Origin: Alphaproteobacteria bacterium
GTDB lineage: Bacteria; Pseudomonadota; Alphaproteobacteria; Bin95
Direction of reading: 5' to 3'
Assembly: GCA_026706245.1 (NCBI GenBank)
Contig: JAPOZD010000219.1
Coordinates: forward strand, 1 to 55,687
DNA: 55,687 bases
Part shown: positions 40,645-48,404 of the stretch, piece by piece
How the letters are laid out: every line of letters starts with the position of its first letter
How positions within the stretch are numbered: the first letter of the stretch is position 1
Notes under the pieces: generated by a model
What the model was told of the DNA's origin: nothing
The model's input: the letters and a program-made list of their open reading frames with translations, nothing else
Databases searched by the model: none
Position numbers and translations under genes: made by a program

Positions 40645-42066
40645 ATGGCGCACGCAAATGACGACCGCAGCTCTCGCCTGCAACGAAGGCCGCCCGCCGG
40701 CTCACCTGCCTCCCTGTCCCGGATTGCAGCGGTGCTTGCCGTTCTGACGGGGGCCTTCTTCCTGCTCTGGCCCGTCACCGCCGGGGCGGCCGTCGAGGGC
40801 GAGACGAAATTCGTCCTGGACAGCTTCGCCTTCCTCGTCTGGGGCGCGCTCGTCATGTGGATGTGCGCGGGCTTCACCATGCTCGAATCGGGCTCGGTGC
40901 GCACCAAGAACGCCTCGGTCATCTGCCTGAAGAATATCGGCCTCTATTCCATCGCCGGCCTCACCTTCTACTTCCTCGGCTACAACGTCATGTATGTGGG
41001 CGTCGAGGAGGGCGGCTGGATCGGGACCTTCACCTTCCTCTACGGCACGTCCGCCGACGAGATCGCCCTGCTCGGCGGCGACGCCGGCGCGGCCGAGGCC
41101 GTGGTCGGCAACGGCTATGCCGTCATGTCCGACTGGTTCTTCCAGATGGTATTCGTGGCGACGACGGCCTCCATCGTCTCCGGCACGCTGGCCGAGCGTG
41201 TCAAGCTCACCTCCTTCTTCGTCTTCATCGCCATCCTGACCGCCATCGTCTATCCCATCGTCGGCGCCTGGACCTGGGGCGGCGGCTGGCTCGCCGAATT
41301 GGGCTTCCAGGACTTTGCCGGCTCCACCATCGTCCACTCCACCGGCGGCTGGGCGGCGCTCGCGGGCGCGGTGATCGTCGGGCCCCGGAAGCACAAGTTC
41401 CGCGCCGACGGCTCCGCGAGGGCGACTCCGCCATCGAACGTGCCGGCCGTCACGCTCGGCGTCTTCATCCTCTGGCTCGGCTGGTTCGGCTTCAACGGCG
41501 GCTCCCAGCTGGCGCTGGGCGGCGCGGCGGACGCGGTCGCGCTCGCCAACATCCTCGCCAACACCAACCTCGCCGCCGCCGCCGGCGTGCTGGCCGCGCT
41601 GGCGCTGGCGAGGCCGCTGTTCGGGCGCACCGACCTGCTGGCGGGCCTGAACGGCGCCATCGGCGGCCTGGTCGCGATCACCGCCGGGCCGGACATCGTC
41701 GAGCATTACTGGGCGGTCGTCATCGGCCTGGTCGGCGGCGCGGTCACCACGGCGGGCCTGAAATTCCTAGAGGTCGCGAAGATCGACGATGTGGTCGGCG
41801 CGGTCCCGGCGCATCTCTTCGCCGGCGTCTGGGGCACACTGGCGGTCTGCATCGCCGCGGGCGGCGACGTGCTGGTCCAGCTCACCGGCGTGCTGGCCGT
41901 CGGCGCCTTCGTCTTCGGCGCCTCGCTGCTCATCTGGCTCGGCCTCAAATACACGATGGGCGCGCGCGTGTCCGAGACGGTCGAGGAGCTCGGCCAGGAC
42001 GCCGCCGAACTCGGCATCGAGGCCTATCCGGAGTTCGTGCTGATGCCGGAGGTGGACGACGACTGA
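40645..42066 (+). CDS. amt: Ammonium transporter (Amt family)
   Basis: 473 aa from the ATG at 40645 (GGGAGG 5 nt upstream; the ORF-track start at 40564 is possible). Amt signatures (FTMLESGSVRTKN, FAGSTIVHSTGGWAAL, GFNGGS). No glnK adjacent. Confidence 0.9.
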   Translation: MAHANDDRSSRLQRRPPAGSPASLSRIAAVLAVLTGAFFLLWPVTAGAAVEGETKFVLDSFAFLVWGALVMWMCAGFTMLESGSVRTKNASVICLKNIGLYSIAGLTFYFLGYNVMYVGVEEGGWIGTFTFLYGTSADEIALLGGDAGAAEAVVGNGYAVMSDWFFQMVFVATTASIVSGTLAERVKLTSFFVFIAILTAIVYPIVGAWTWGGGWLAELGFQDFAGSTIVHSTGGWAALAGAVIVGPRKHKFRADGSARATPPSNVPAVTLGVFILWLGWFGFNGGSQLALGGAADAVALANILANTNLAAAAGVLAALALARPLFGRTDLLAGLNGAIGGLVAITAGPDIVEHYWAVVIGLVGGAVTTAGLKFLEVAKIDDVVGAVPAHLFAGVWGTLAVCIAAGGDVLVQLTGVLAVGAFVFGASLLIWLGLKYTMGARVSETVEELGQDAAELGIEAYPEFVLMPEVDDD

Positions 42067-42081
42067 GCCGGCGTCCCCGCG

Positions 42082-42939
42082 TCAGGCCATGCCGGCTTCG
42101 ACGCGGGGGTCCGCGTCCGCGCGGTCCTCGGCCGCCTCGGCAAGCGCCGGGTCGGGGTCGCGCGGGAGCTGGATCATCACGCGCAGGATTTGGTCGCCGC
42201 GCGGGCCGCCCTCGGGGTCGGGCACGCCCTTGCCCTTCAGTCTCAGCCGCGCGCCGGAGCTCGTCATCGGCGCGATCCGCACCGTCACCGGGCCGTCCAA
42301 GGTCGGCGCGCGCACCCGGCCGCCCCGGACGGCCTCGGCGAGCGAGACCGGCAGATCGACCAGGATCGTCAGGCCCTCGCGCCGGAACCAGGGATGCGGC
42401 TCGACCGAAATCTCGACCTCCGCATCGCCGGGCGGTCCGCCGGACGGGCCGGGTTCGCCGCGCCCGGCAAGCCTGAGCCGCGCGCCGTCCTCCGTTGCAG
42501 GCGGCACCTTGAGCGCGATGCTCCGCCCGGATTTCAGGGTGAGCCGCACCGTGCCGCCCCTGGCCGCGTCGATGAACGGCACCGGGACCCGGTAGCGCGT
42601 GTCGGCGCCGCGCCTGGGACGGTTGCGGAAGCCGGAGAAGATGTCGCCGAACAGGTCTCCGGGGTCGAACCCGCCCTGTCCGCCGAAATTGCCGAACCCG
42701 CCGAAGGGCGCGCGCTCGCGGCCCTCGGCGTCGATCTCGCCCCGGTCGAAGCGGGCGCGTTTGTCCGGGTCGCCCAGCAGGTCCCATGCGGCGGCGGCTT
42801 CCTTGAAACGCGCCTCGGCCTTCGCGTCGCCCGGATTGCGGTCCGGGTGGTTCTCCTTGACGATGCGCCGGTAGGCCCGCTTCAGCGTTCCGGCGTCAGC
42901 GTCGCGCGGGCAACCGAGAGCCGCATAGGGGTCGCGCAT
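42082..42939 (-). CDS. J-domain co-chaperone, CbpA-like (J domain + G/F region + DnaJ C-terminal domains, no zinc finger)
   Basis: 285 aa from the ATG at 42939-42937. DPYAALG...YRRIVKENHPDRNPGD (HPD motif) and GGFGNFGGQGGF. ATGA overlap with the stop of the upstream lipoprotein gene. Confidence 0.8.
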   Translation of the reverse strand: MRDPYAALGCPRDADAGTLKRAYRRIVKENHPDRNPGDAKAEARFKEAAAAWDLLGDPDKRARFDRGEIDAEGRERAPFGGFGNFGGQGGFDPGDLFGDIFSGFRNRPRRGADTRYRVPVPFIDAARGGTVRLTLKSGRSIALKVPPATEDGARLRLAGRGEPGPSGGPPGDAEVEISVEPHPWFRREGLTILVDLPVSLAEAVRGGRVRAPTLDGPVTVRIAPMTSSGARLRLKGKGVPDPEGGPRGDQILRVMIQLPRDPDPALAEAAEDRADADPRVEAGMA

Positions 42940-43415
42940 CAGGCCGCGGGCTGGACGATCTTCCAGCTGCCGTCCGGCTGGCGGCAGGCCGTGCCGTAGG
43001 CGGTCTGCTCCTCGCCGCCGACGATGATGCCGGTCTGGAACTCGCGGCAATACCGGCCGGAATCCTCCTGCCAGGTGCGCGTCGGCACGACCCAGCCCGA
43101 ATTGCCGCTATCCGGGTTCTCCCATTCCGACCTGTCGCCGGTGCGCCCGCGTTCCAGCGCGCCCTGCGTCGTCCGCTCGGCGGTAATCCGATCGGCTTCG
43201 TCCAGATCCCTGCCCAGCCGGCTGCCGAGCATGGCGCCGAGCAGCGCGCCCGTGGCGATCGCCACCTTGCGCCCGCGGCCCTTGCCGACCTCATTGCCGA
43301 GCACGGCGCCGCCGACGCCGCCGATAATGGTGCCGAGGGTCTGCTTGGGGCCCTGATCGGGGCTGCAGGCGGCCAGCAGGAAGACGGCTGCCGCAACGGC
43401 GAGTATTTGTTTCAT
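42939..43415 (-). CDS. Glycine-zipper lipoprotein (17-kDa surface antigen-like)
   Basis: 158 aa from the ATG at 43415-43413. Lipobox FLLAAC and glycine zipper GTIIGGVGGAVLG...GALLGAMLG. C-terminal Cys pair (YCREF...GTACRQ). Confidence 0.75.
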   Translation of the reverse strand: MKQILAVAAAVFLLAACSPDQGPKQTLGTIIGGVGGAVLGNEVGKGRGRKVAIATGALLGAMLGSRLGRDLDEADRITAERTTQGALERGRTGDRSEWENPDSGNSGWVVPTRTWQEDSGRYCREFQTGIIVGGEEQTAYGTACRQPDGSWKIVQPAA

Positions 43416-43528
43416 CGGAAGACCGCCCCTTGGTTCCGGCCGGAACCGCGCGCTTGCCTCGGCGGCGGGCCGGCCTATTGTGGATATCCACTCTCCAATA
43501 AGGTGCTCTTGGGGCGGTTCGTCAAGGG

Positions 43529-44131
43529 ATGCAAGACGCGGAAGAGGATGAAATCGGGCACGACCCGGTGCACGCCGTCCGGCGCTGGATCGAGGAAGCC
43601 GAGGCCTGCGAGCCGGTGGACGCCACCGCCGCCGCGCTCGCCACGGTGGGCGCGGACGGCATGCCGTCCTGCCGGATCGTGCTGGTGAAGGCGGTCGAGG
43701 CGCAAGGGCTGGTCTTCTACACGAACTATGAAAGCCGGAAGGGCCGCGAGCTTGCCGCCCGGCCGCTGGCGGCGCTGACCTTCCACTGGCGCGTGCTGGA
43801 TCGGCAATTGCGGGTGGAGGGACGGGTTGCGCGCGTCGAGGACGCGGTCTCCGACGCCTATTTCGCAAGCCGCGAACGCGGCAGCCGGATCGGCGCCTGG
43901 GCATCCCGCCAGTCGGAGCCCGTGGCGGACCGGCCGGCGCTGGAGGCGCGCGTGGCGGAGATGGAGGCGCGCTTCGGCGGGGCCGACATTCCGCGGCCGG
44001 TCTTCTGGGGCGGGTTCCGGCTCCGGCCCTCGCGCATCGAGTTCTGGCGGCGGGGGGACCACCGCCTGCACGACCGAATCGTGTGCCGCGCCGAGAACGG
44101 GGTGTGGACGAGAGAAAGGCTGCAACCGTGA
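43529..44131 (+). CDS. pdxH: Pyridoxamine 5'-phosphate oxidase
   Basis: 200 aa. RIVLVK, FYTNYESRKG and RIEFW motifs. The last 15 nt (including the stop codon) lie inside the left 21-bp direct repeat. Confidence 0.9.
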   Translation: MQDAEEDEIGHDPVHAVRRWIEEAEACEPVDATAAALATVGADGMPSCRIVLVKAVEAQGLVFYTNYESRKGRELAARPLAALTFHWRVLDRQLRVEGRVARVEDAVSDAYFASRERGSRIGAWASRQSEPVADRPALEARVAEMEARFGGADIPRPVFWGGFRLRPSRIEFWRRGDHRLHDRIVCRAENGVWTRERLQP

Positions 44132-44137
44132 TCGCCC
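44117..44137. repeat. Left copy of a 21-bp perfect direct repeat AGGCTGCAACCGTGATCGCCC
   Basis: Identical to 44834-44854. Contains the pdxH stop (TGA at 44129-44131). Confidence 0.8.
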
Positions 44138-44293
44138 GGCGCGTTGCGTTCCGACTGCCCGGTCTTCCGGCGGCAGGAGCGCTGCGCTCCTGAAACTCAC
44201 GATTGCGCGCCGTTGCCGGCATTCGATACAGTTGAGATGAAAGTCGCAAACACGGCGAATCCTGCGGGATATATGAGGCAATCGGAGTAGTCT

Positions 44294-44536
44294 GTGCCGA
44301 CTGTATTTCGTATTGACGGGAATAAGTTCTTCTTTTACTCCAATGAGGGGTCGCCGCGAGAACCTGTGCATGTCCATGTGCGGAAAGGGTTCTCTTCTGC
44401 GAAGATTATGCTTGAACCGACGGTTCGTGTGGTGGAAAGTCGCGGTTTCAACGCGCGCGAGTTGCGGGTCTTGACCGGCCTGGCGTCAGATAGGGCCGGA
44501 TCGATCCGGAAGGCATGGAATGACCATTTCGGCTGA
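44294..44536 (+). CDS. DUF4160-family small protein
   Basis: 80 aa from the GTG at 44294. MPTVFRIDG.KFFFYSNE....PVHVHV pattern typical of DUF4160. AT-richer than its surroundings. Confidence 0.7.
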   Translation: MPTVFRIDGNKFFFYSNEGSPREPVHVHVRKGFSSAKIMLEPTVRVVESRGFNARELRVLTGLASDRAGSIRKAWNDHFG

Positions 44537-44774
44537 ACGCGTGTCCTTCGACGGGGACTCCATGTGGGTGTCGCTCTCCGACGGCCGTGTGCTCGGCGTG
44601 CCGCTCGCCTGGTTTCCCCGGCTTTGCGGCGCGCCGGCCGACGCCCTGCAACAATATGAACTCACCGCCGGCGGCATTCATTGGGAAGCGCTCGATGAGG
44701 ACATTTCGGTCTCGGGCCTGTTGGCCGGGCGCGGCGACCGGACCCGGCGCGAAACAGGCGTCGCGGCGGCCTGA
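44520..44774 (+). CDS. DUF2442-family small protein
   Basis: 84 aa. L.V.LSDGRVLGVPL.WFPRL........YEL...G.GIHWEALDEDISV.GLL pattern of DUF2442. Overlaps the DUF4160 gene by 17 nt. Confidence 0.7.
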   Translation: MTISAERVSFDGDSMWVSLSDGRVLGVPLAWFPRLCGAPADALQQYELTAGGIHWEALDEDISVSGLLAGRGDRTRRETGVAAA

Positions 44775-44833
44775 CAGGGAAGCGTTGCCTGCGCGACCCC
44801 ATCCTCCGCTGCGCCGGGAAGGGCATCCGGGAG

Positions 44834-44854
44834 AGGCTGCAACCGTGATCGCCC
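44834..44854. repeat. Right copy of the 21-bp perfect direct repeat AGGCTGCAACCGTGATCGCCC
   Basis: Identical to 44117-44137. Contains the GTG start (44845) of the PhyH-family gene. Confidence 0.8.
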
Positions 44855-45678
44855 AATGCGACCTCGACCAGTACCGCGACAATGGCTTCCTCCATCCCCG
44901 GCCTCTGCTGACGGCCGGCGAGGCGGGACGCTACCGCGAGGCCTGCGAACGGTCCTGCATCGAGGCGGGGCCGAAACCGTCCAGGCGCCAGGCGGCGAGC
45001 CGGACCAAGCCCTACCTGCTGTTCCCCTGGGCGGCGGAGCTCGTGCGCCATCCGGGGTTGCTGGACATGGTGGAAGCCCTTATCGGCCCCGACATCCTGG
45101 TGTTCCACACGACCGTCTGGATCAAGGAAGGCGGCAGCGGGTCCTTCGTGCCCTGGCACCAGGACGGGACCTATTTCGGCCTCGAACCGCTGGAACAGGT
45201 GACCGCCTGGGTCGCGCTGACCGAATCGACCAGGGAGATGGGGTGCCTGCGCTTCCTGCCGGGCTCCCACCGGGACGGCCAGGTGCAACACCGCGACCAT
45301 GACGACGAGACGCTCATGCTGTCGCGCGGCCAGACCGTCGAGCGCGGCGTGGACGAGAGCAGTGCAGTCCCTCTGGAGTTCGCGCCGGGCGAGGTCTCCT
45401 TCCATCACACCATGGCCATGCACAGTTCCGGCCCCAACCGCTCGACCCGGCGGCGCATCGGCATCGGCATCAGCTATATCCCGGCCCATGTCCGCCATGT
45501 AACGCCCGTTCGGCTCTCGGCTTCCCTGGTGCGCGGCCGGGACCGCTGGGGCCATTTCGACCCGGAGCCGCGCCCCGGGCCGGGCGGCGGGGAGGCTGCC
45601 GAAGCGGTCCATGCCGACAGCCTCGACCGCTTCTGGCGCGCCTCGGAATTCATCCCGGAAATGCAGGGCATCCACTGA
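44845..45678 (+). CDS. Phytanoyl-CoA dioxygenase (PhyH)-family Fe(II)/2-oxoglutarate oxygenase
   Basis: 277 aa from the GTG at 44845. DNGFLHP, VPWHQDGTYF (HxD) and a distal His (SFHHTMAMHSSGPN). Confidence 0.8.
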   Translation: MIAQCDLDQYRDNGFLHPRPLLTAGEAGRYREACERSCIEAGPKPSRRQAASRTKPYLLFPWAAELVRHPGLLDMVEALIGPDILVFHTTVWIKEGGSGSFVPWHQDGTYFGLEPLEQVTAWVALTESTREMGCLRFLPGSHRDGQVQHRDHDDETLMLSRGQTVERGVDESSAVPLEFAPGEVSFHHTMAMHSSGPNRSTRRRIGIGISYIPAHVRHVTPVRLSASLVRGRDRWGHFDPEPRPGPGGGEAAEAVHADSLDRFWRASEFIPEMQGIH

Positions 45679-45761
45679 AGGCCGGCGCGGGTCCGGAACG
45701 ATGAGGAGCGGGCCGGTGGCGGAATTCGTTCGCATTTCATGAAATATTCCTGTCCTGAGGC

Positions 45762-45788
45762 TTGACATTTGTAGGAATGTGCTACAAT
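45762..45788 (+). promoter_or_regulatory. Candidate strong sigma70-type promoter (TTGACA-15 nt-TGcTACAAT) with no annotated gene
   Basis: Consensus -35 TTGACA (45762-45767) and an extended -10 TGcTACAAT (45780-45788) in an AT-richer patch. A 12-bp perfect palindrome ATTTCATGAAAT (45734-45745) lies just upstream. Confidence 0.45.
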
Positions 45789-45794
45789 GCCCCG

Positions 45795-45856
45795 AGGGAA
45801 GCGGAATCCGGAACCGCCTCCCCGGCTGCCGCGCGGCCGAGCGGCGCCGATTTTTG
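45795..45856 (+). ncRNA. Candidate ~60-nt small RNA or attenuator (5' hairpin plus intrinsic-terminator-like hairpin and T5)
   Basis: Downstream of the promoter there is a first hairpin, CCGAGGGAAGCGG-aatccggaa-CCGCCTCCCCGG (45792-45825). It is followed by a GC-rich stem, CGGC(T)GCCGC-gcggccga-GCGGCGCCG (45823-45849), and then ATTTTT (45850-45855). The ends are estimates. Confidence 0.3.
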
Positions 45857-46165
45857 AAAACCCGTGAGAAGCCGACAGGAGAAGTGCGCCCTCTGCTTCG
45901 CGCGCGCAATCAGGTGCGCGAACCGCGCCGGCGCCGACGCGCGCCCGCGCAGGGGCGCCCGCGCAGGATACGCGCGGAAAAGGGACCCGCTCCCGTCGGG
46001 GAAGGAGAGACGATGACCGCAACCGACCCCCGCCCCGCCCTGGCGGCGATGCCGGCAGCAAGGCTCGCCCTTCGGGCGTCCGAACGACGGTGAATGCAAG
46101 CGGAAGGGAGGCCGATGGGCCGAACGCTATGCCTGGATGGATTAGGGAACATGCATCACACGCAT

Positions 46166-46231
46166 ACAGAACATGACATTTCATGACGCGACGCTAGGGA
46201 GGCTCAGGCGCCTCATGACAGAACATGACAT
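46166..46231 (+). repeat. Direct repeats ACAGAACATGACAT (x2, 52 bp apart) with a related GAACATGCA copy and TCATGA-type half-sites upstream of tRNA-Gly
   Basis: Exact 14-mers at 46166-46179 and 46218-46231. A related GGAACATGCA lies at 46146-46155. The palindrome TGACATGTCA is at 46226-46235. The whole patch is AT-rich. Confidence 0.6.
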
Positions 46232-46260
46232 GTCACCGGCGTCTGCCGGCCGCCGCGCGG

Positions 46261-46288
46261 TTGACAGGCGGGGCGGGCAGGGCAGAAT
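46261..46288 (+). promoter_or_regulatory. Candidate promoter of tRNA-Gly (TTGACA-16 nt-CAGAAT)
   Basis: -35 TTGACA at 46261-46266 and -10-like CAGAAT at 46283-46288. The mature tRNA 5' end is 12 nt downstream. Confidence 0.4.
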
Positions 46289-46299
46289 GACAGGCGGAA

Positions 46300-46374
46300 G
46301 CGGGCGTAGCTCAGTGGTAGAGCATCGGCTTCCCAAGCCGAGTGCCGTGGGTTCGATCCCCATCGCCCGCTCCA
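46300..46374 (+). tRNA. tRNA-Gly (anticodon CCC), CCA encoded
   Basis: 75 nt, foldable by hand. Acceptor GCGGGCG/CGCCCGC, D-arm GCTC-AGTGGTA-GAGC, anticodon stem TCGGC/GCCGA with loop TTCCCAA, T-arm GTGGG-TTCGATC-CCCAT, then discriminator T and CCA. Confidence 0.95.
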
Positions 46375-46400
46375 GCTTCGCGCCGGCACGGAGGGAGGCG

Positions 46401-47258
46401 ATGGACTATCGCGAAATCGAGGTTGCGCCGGTTGCAGGTGCGCTCGGGGCTGAAATCGGAGGCGTGGACCTTGCGGGGCCGCTGGGCAACAGCGTCTTCT
46501 CGGAAATCCACCGCGCTTTCCTCGAACACCGGGTGATCTTCTTCCGCGGCCAGAAGCTGACGCCGTCGGGGCAGCGCGATTTCGCCGCGCGCTTCGGCCC
46601 CTGCAACCGCTATCCGTTCGTCGCCGGGCTGGAGGAATGCCCGGAGGTGATCCCGGTCATCAAGGAGCCGGACGAGACCTTCAATTTCGGCGGCCTCTGG
46701 CATTCCGACACCACCTATCTGGAGAAGCCGCCGCTCGGCACCCTGCTCTACGCCGTCGAGACGCCGCCGCAGGGCGGCGACACGCTGTTCGCCAACACCA
46801 AGCTCGCCTATGACGCGCTCTCGGACGGCATGAAGGCGGCGCTTGCCGGGCTCCGGGGCCTTTCCAGCGCGAAGATCCGCTATGCGGAGGCCGGGCGGGC
46901 CGGCCAATTCGTCAAATTCAAGGGCGCGATGACCGCAATCGGCCTCGACAAAGAGGAGACGCTGGAAGCCTGGCATCCGGTGGTCCGCACCCACCCCGAC
47001 ACCGGCGAGAAGGCGCTCTATCTCAACCGCGCCCACACGATGCGCTTCGAAGGCTGGACCGAGGCCGAAAGCCGGCCCTGGATCAACTGGCTCTGCGAGC
47101 ATATCGCGCGGCCGGAGTTCACCTGCCGGTTCCGCTGGGAGCCGGGCTCGGTCGCGCTCTGGGACAACCGCTGCACGCACCATTTCGCGCTCAACGACTA
47201 TCACGGCTACCGCCGCCACATGCACCGCTGCACCATAGAGGGCGACCGGCCCTCCTGA
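46401..47258 (+). CDS. TauD/TfdA-family Fe(II)/2-oxoglutarate dioxygenase
   Basis: 285 aa from the ATG at 46401 (GAGGGAGG upstream). LWHSDTTYLEKPP (HxD), a distal His (HPVVRTHP... / CTHHFA) and RxxxR. The ORF-track start at 46173 would run through the tRNA and was rejected. Confidence 0.85.
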   Translation: MDYREIEVAPVAGALGAEIGGVDLAGPLGNSVFSEIHRAFLEHRVIFFRGQKLTPSGQRDFAARFGPCNRYPFVAGLEECPEVIPVIKEPDETFNFGGLWHSDTTYLEKPPLGTLLYAVETPPQGGDTLFANTKLAYDALSDGMKAALAGLRGLSSAKIRYAEAGRAGQFVKFKGAMTAIGLDKEETLEAWHPVVRTHPDTGEKALYLNRAHTMRFEGWTEAESRPWINWLCEHIARPEFTCRFRWEPGSVALWDNRCTHHFALNDYHGYRRHMHRCTIEGDRPS

Positions 47259-47292
47259 GGCCGGGTCCCCCGCAAACTTCCGGAGTTTTTCC

Positions 47293-48369
47293 ATGAACAG
47301 CAGGACCGCGCCCGAAGGCGGGCCGAAGATCGCGATTGTCTGCGCCGGCGCCGTCGGCTCCCATGTCGGCGGCCATCTGACCAGGGCCGGCTACGCGCCC
47401 ATCCTGGTCGACTTCTGGCCGGAGCATGTGGACGCCATGCGCCGCGACGGGCTGAAGCTCACCGGGGTGACGGAAGCCGAGTGTTTCACGCAGCCGGTCG
47501 AGGCCTGGCACATCACTGAGCTGGAACGGCTCTCGCGCGAGCGCCCGGTCGATATCGCCTTCGTGTGCGCCAAGTCCTACGACACGGTCTGGGCAACGGA
47601 GATGATCCGGCAATATCTGGCGCCGGACGGCTTTGTCGTCTCGCTCCAGAACGGCATCAACGAGGAGCGGGTGGCCGGCGTGGTCGGCTGGGGCAAGACG
47701 ATGGGCTCGATCGCGAGCCTGATCGCCGTCGAGCTGCATGCGCCCGGCGAGGTACGCCGCAATGTGCAGCTTGGCGGCGAGCAGCACACCGTCTTCCGCG
47801 TGGGCGAACCGCACGGCCGGATCACGGACCGCGCGCGGCTCGTCGCGGAGATGCTGGGCCATGTGGACAGCGCGATTGCGACCCCGAACCTCTGGGGCGA
47901 GCGCTGGTCGAAGCTGGTCGTCAACTCCATGCGCAATCCGATGTCGGCGGCGACCGGCCTCGGTGGCGTTGAGGCTGACCGGCTCGACTACACCCGCCGC
48001 CTCGCCATCCGCATCGCCGGCGAGGCAATCCGCACCGGCCTCGCCCACGGCTTTACCCTGGAGAAGCTCTACGGCATGGATCCGGAGCGGGTCGCGGAAG
48101 CGGCGGAAGGCAGCAACGAGGCGATGACCGAGATCGAGGCGGTGCTGGAGCGCAATGCGCAGGGCCGCTCGGCCACCGATCGCCCCTCCATGGGCCAGGA
48201 CATCCAGAAGGGCCGGCGCACGGAGATCGACTTCATCAACGGCCTGGTAGTGGACTATGCGGGCCGCCTCGGCCTCGATACCCCCGCCAACCGCGCCATC
48301 GTCGAAGTGGTGAAGCGCGTGGAGCGCAAGGAAATCGCCCCGGCCCCGGAGAATGTCCGGCATATCTGA
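47293..48369 (+). CDS. Ketopantoate reductase (PanE/ApbA)-family NAD(P)-dependent oxidoreductase
   Basis: 358 aa. Rossmann motif IVCAGAVGSHVGGHL and a C-terminal ApbA-like region (KGRRTEIDFINGLVV). Confidence 0.75.
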   Translation: MNSRTAPEGGPKIAIVCAGAVGSHVGGHLTRAGYAPILVDFWPEHVDAMRRDGLKLTGVTEAECFTQPVEAWHITELERLSRERPVDIAFVCAKSYDTVWATEMIRQYLAPDGFVVSLQNGINEERVAGVVGWGKTMGSIASLIAVELHAPGEVRRNVQLGGEQHTVFRVGEPHGRITDRARLVAEMLGHVDSAIATPNLWGERWSKLVVNSMRNPMSAATGLGGVEADRLDYTRRLAIRIAGEAIRTGLAHGFTLEKLYGMDPERVAEAAEGSNEAMTEIEAVLERNAQGRSATDRPSMGQDIQKGRRTEIDFINGLVVDYAGRLGLDTPANRAIVEVVKRVERKEIAPAPENVRHI

Positions 48370-48404
48370 GGGACAGGCCGGGCGAACGGGAGGAACCGCC
48401 TTTC

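Noticed and set aside
40564-42066. Ammonium transporter gene without an adjacent glnK, considered as an anomaly
   Set aside because: Stand-alone amt paralogs are common, and glnK may be encoded elsewhere. Nothing in the sequence itself is unusual apart from start-codon ambiguity.
43471-43500. DnaA-box-like palindrome considered as an indicator of oriC
   Set aside because: There is only one (overlapping) imperfect box, no cluster of boxes, no AT-rich unwinding element and no dnaA/hemE context. It is more likely a transcription-factor operator, and is reported only as a low-interest palindrome.
45790-45892. Possible cobalamin riboswitch (AGGGAAGCGGAATCCGG and AGCCGACAGGAGAAGTGCGCC resemble the GGGAA/GGTGAAAATCC core and the B12 box)
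   Set aside because: The GGTG segment and the conserved GCCACTG element are missing. The spacing is short and the downstream genes are not typical B12-regulated genes. It is treated as an unclassified structured RNA pending a covariance-model search.
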